In this document: positions 62,020-64,000 of the stretch, in pieces
How positions within the stretch are numbered: position 1 is the stretch's first letter
Layout of the letters: each line of letters starts with the position of its first letter
Assembly (NCBI GenBank): GCA_951406725.2
Contig: OX597830.1
Location: 18,786,001 to 18,850,000 of the forward strand
Origin: Octopus vulgaris
Lineage: Eukaryota
Direction: 5' to 3'
DNA length: 64,000 bases
The notes under the pieces: model-generated
What the model saw: only the letters and a program-made list of their open reading frames with translations
Databases searched by the model: none
Told to the model about the DNA's origin: nothing
Position numbers and translations under genes: made by a program

Positions 62020-62213
62020 TTGTGTGTCTGTGTTTGTTCCCCTAGCATTGCCTGACAACCGATGCTGGTGTGTTTACGTCCCCGTCACTTAGCGGTTCGG
62101 CAAAAAAAAAGAGACCGATAGAATAAGTACTGGGCTTACAAAAGGAATCGAGTTGCTCGACTAAAGGCGGTGCTCCAGCATGGCCGCAGTCAAATGACTG
62201 AAATAAGTAAAAG
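61883..62213 (+). mobile_element. SINE-A, 5'-truncated
   Basis: Family consensus. Confidence 0.85.
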
Positions 62214-62978
62214 TATCTGGGATGCTTTATAGGAAGGAATACAAAACATTCTCCAGAGTTTGGCTGGTGTTTTATTTCATCGATCTCTGTAGGATGGAGG
62301 GCTAAGTTGATCCCAGCGTGGTTCGAACCCGGAATGTAAAGAAGCGTGACTAAATTACATAGAAACATTTTGTCATGGCCCTCTAACTATTCTGTCAATC
62401 CATCGCTTATTGAATATTTTGGGGGCGTTTTTTAAACACAAACATAGGTATTACTGTACAACGTAGGTCCCACCAATTTATTTTCATTATTGAATAGTTT
62501 CGTTCTTGAAGTACTAAATTATTAAAGAATAAAGAAACGAACAAAATAAAAATTATTTCTAACGAAAGATATAGCCCACGCTTAAAAAAGTACTCGACTA
62601 AAAACTCCTCCAAAGCGAACGAAAAACCTCTTGTACATGGTGGCTCGTTATCAATGATTCTAAATAAAAGCGATGTTTACGGAAGTTTTCTCAAGGTGGT
62701 GTCCCGTAAAACGGCCTTCATATGATCTAAGAAAACCCGGCACATTATTGGATTGTGTTGGATGACTTGTGACTGGGCTTTGAGAAGCAACATGTCGAAA
62801 GTTTCTTCCATAAGAAATATAAGAAAAGTCCGGCATTCTTTCGTTTTGACTCACAGAAATAAGGAGCGCCAAAGTCCTAATGTTTCTAGCATCAAAAATG
62901 GTTATATGCAGTTTAATGGACCAGTGCTTCTCAACCGGGGTTCATATGACCGTTGGTGGTGGTGAGGGTCCATATATG

Positions 62979-63210
62979 TATTTCTTTACTACCCACAAGG
63001 GGCTTAACACAGAGGGGACGAACAATGACAGACAAACGGATTAAGTCGATTACATCGACCCCAGTGCGTAACTGGTACTTAATTTATCGACCCCGAAAGA
63101 ATGAAAGACTATGTCAACCTCGGCGGAATTTGAACTCGGAACGTAACGACAGACGAAATACGGCTACGCATTTCGCCCGGCGTGCTAACGTTTCTGCCAG
63201 CTCGTCGCCT
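62979..63210 (-). mobile_element. SINE-B with 16-bp TSD, inserted in a hAT-MITE-like end (CAGTGCTTCTCAACC at 62922)
   Basis: TSD TGAGGGTCCATATATG at 62963-62978 and 63213-63228. Confidence 0.9.
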
Positions 63211-64000
63211 AATGAGGGTCCATATATGATTTTGTTCAAGTTTACGTGCAAGAAATCGCTTATATTTCTGCAATATGCAAAATGTTTTAACTTTTTTTCA
63301 CACGGTGCAGGCATGGCTGCGTGGTAAGCAGGTTCCTTCCCGACCATAAGGTTGCGGGTTCAGTCCCACGACATGGCACTTGGGGCAAGTGTTTTCTAAA
63401 TTCCTGATAATATTTAATTATAAAAACAACAGAATTTTTAAAACACCGAATGACAATGGAGGTCCAGTAGAGCAAAATAGGAACCAAGGCGATCCATTTG
63501 TAAAAAACGAAAAAGAAATGGTCGAGTCACTGAACTAGGCCATTAAACCGTTAAGATATTTTAATCACGGAAGATCGATCTATATAAAATTCTAAATCAG
63601 ATAAAATATTCTGGAAATATATCGAGGTTAAATTGTAAAGAAATGCTTCTAGTTTCTTATGATAATCAATTTTGGGAGATTTTAGATAACAGTCTTTACT
63701 TCGTCTTACAATCGTAAAAATGGTTTTCAAATTGCAGCGTAAATGGGGTGGGGATCCCCCACCTGGCTATGCTTTTGTGGAGCCGGCACTTCTGGTCTAC
63801 TGTTTACGGCGGGTGCTCCCAAACTTTTCAGACCATCGACCCCTTCATGGAATCCTTGACTCCCTCATCGACCTCAAGGCATGTACAAGAAAATCCTGGT
63901 TTAGGGGTTATACCAGGGAAGGGAGAAAACTCATGGCTGCCCCGGATAGCACACTTTACGTCACTGGTTTCAAACTATTTAATTTTAGGGGTTTTTGAAA

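Overview
AT-rich, microsatellite-dense eukaryotic DNA that is almost entirely repeat-derived. The SINE families and microsatellite density suggest a cephalopod (Octopus-like) genome, but this is inference. I find no supportable intact host gene. DNA transposons: a full-length but frameshifted Tc1 (DD34E, IR/DR ends), two maT (DD37D) remnants, mariner and hAT transposase remnants, Merlin-type MITEs and a Merlin/ISXO2 transposase remnant, and Kolobok-, pogo- and hAT-type MITEs. Retroelements: a ~5-kb Tx1-like LINE, RTE, HERO-like, CRE-like and CR1-like fragments, two Gypsy (Mag-like) remnants, a candidate solo LTR, a Neptune-type Penelope-like element (PLE), and many copies of three tRNA-derived SINE families (called SINE-A, -B and -C here). 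The most interesting signal is a set of sequence-unrelated elements inserted in (TA)n tracts that share one architecture: an inverted duplicated arm, a type I hammerhead ribozyme where enough sequence is retained (including long-loop-II forms), and a ~100-120-nt unpaired tail ending in a covarying bulged stem-loop next to the (TA)n. The Neptune PLE itself carries a U3-A8 compensatory-core hammerhead. Also notable: SINE-B shares its 3' tail with Tx1 LINEs and forms tandem arrays with an invariant junction, and the RTE reverse transcriptase carries an inserted PHD finger.
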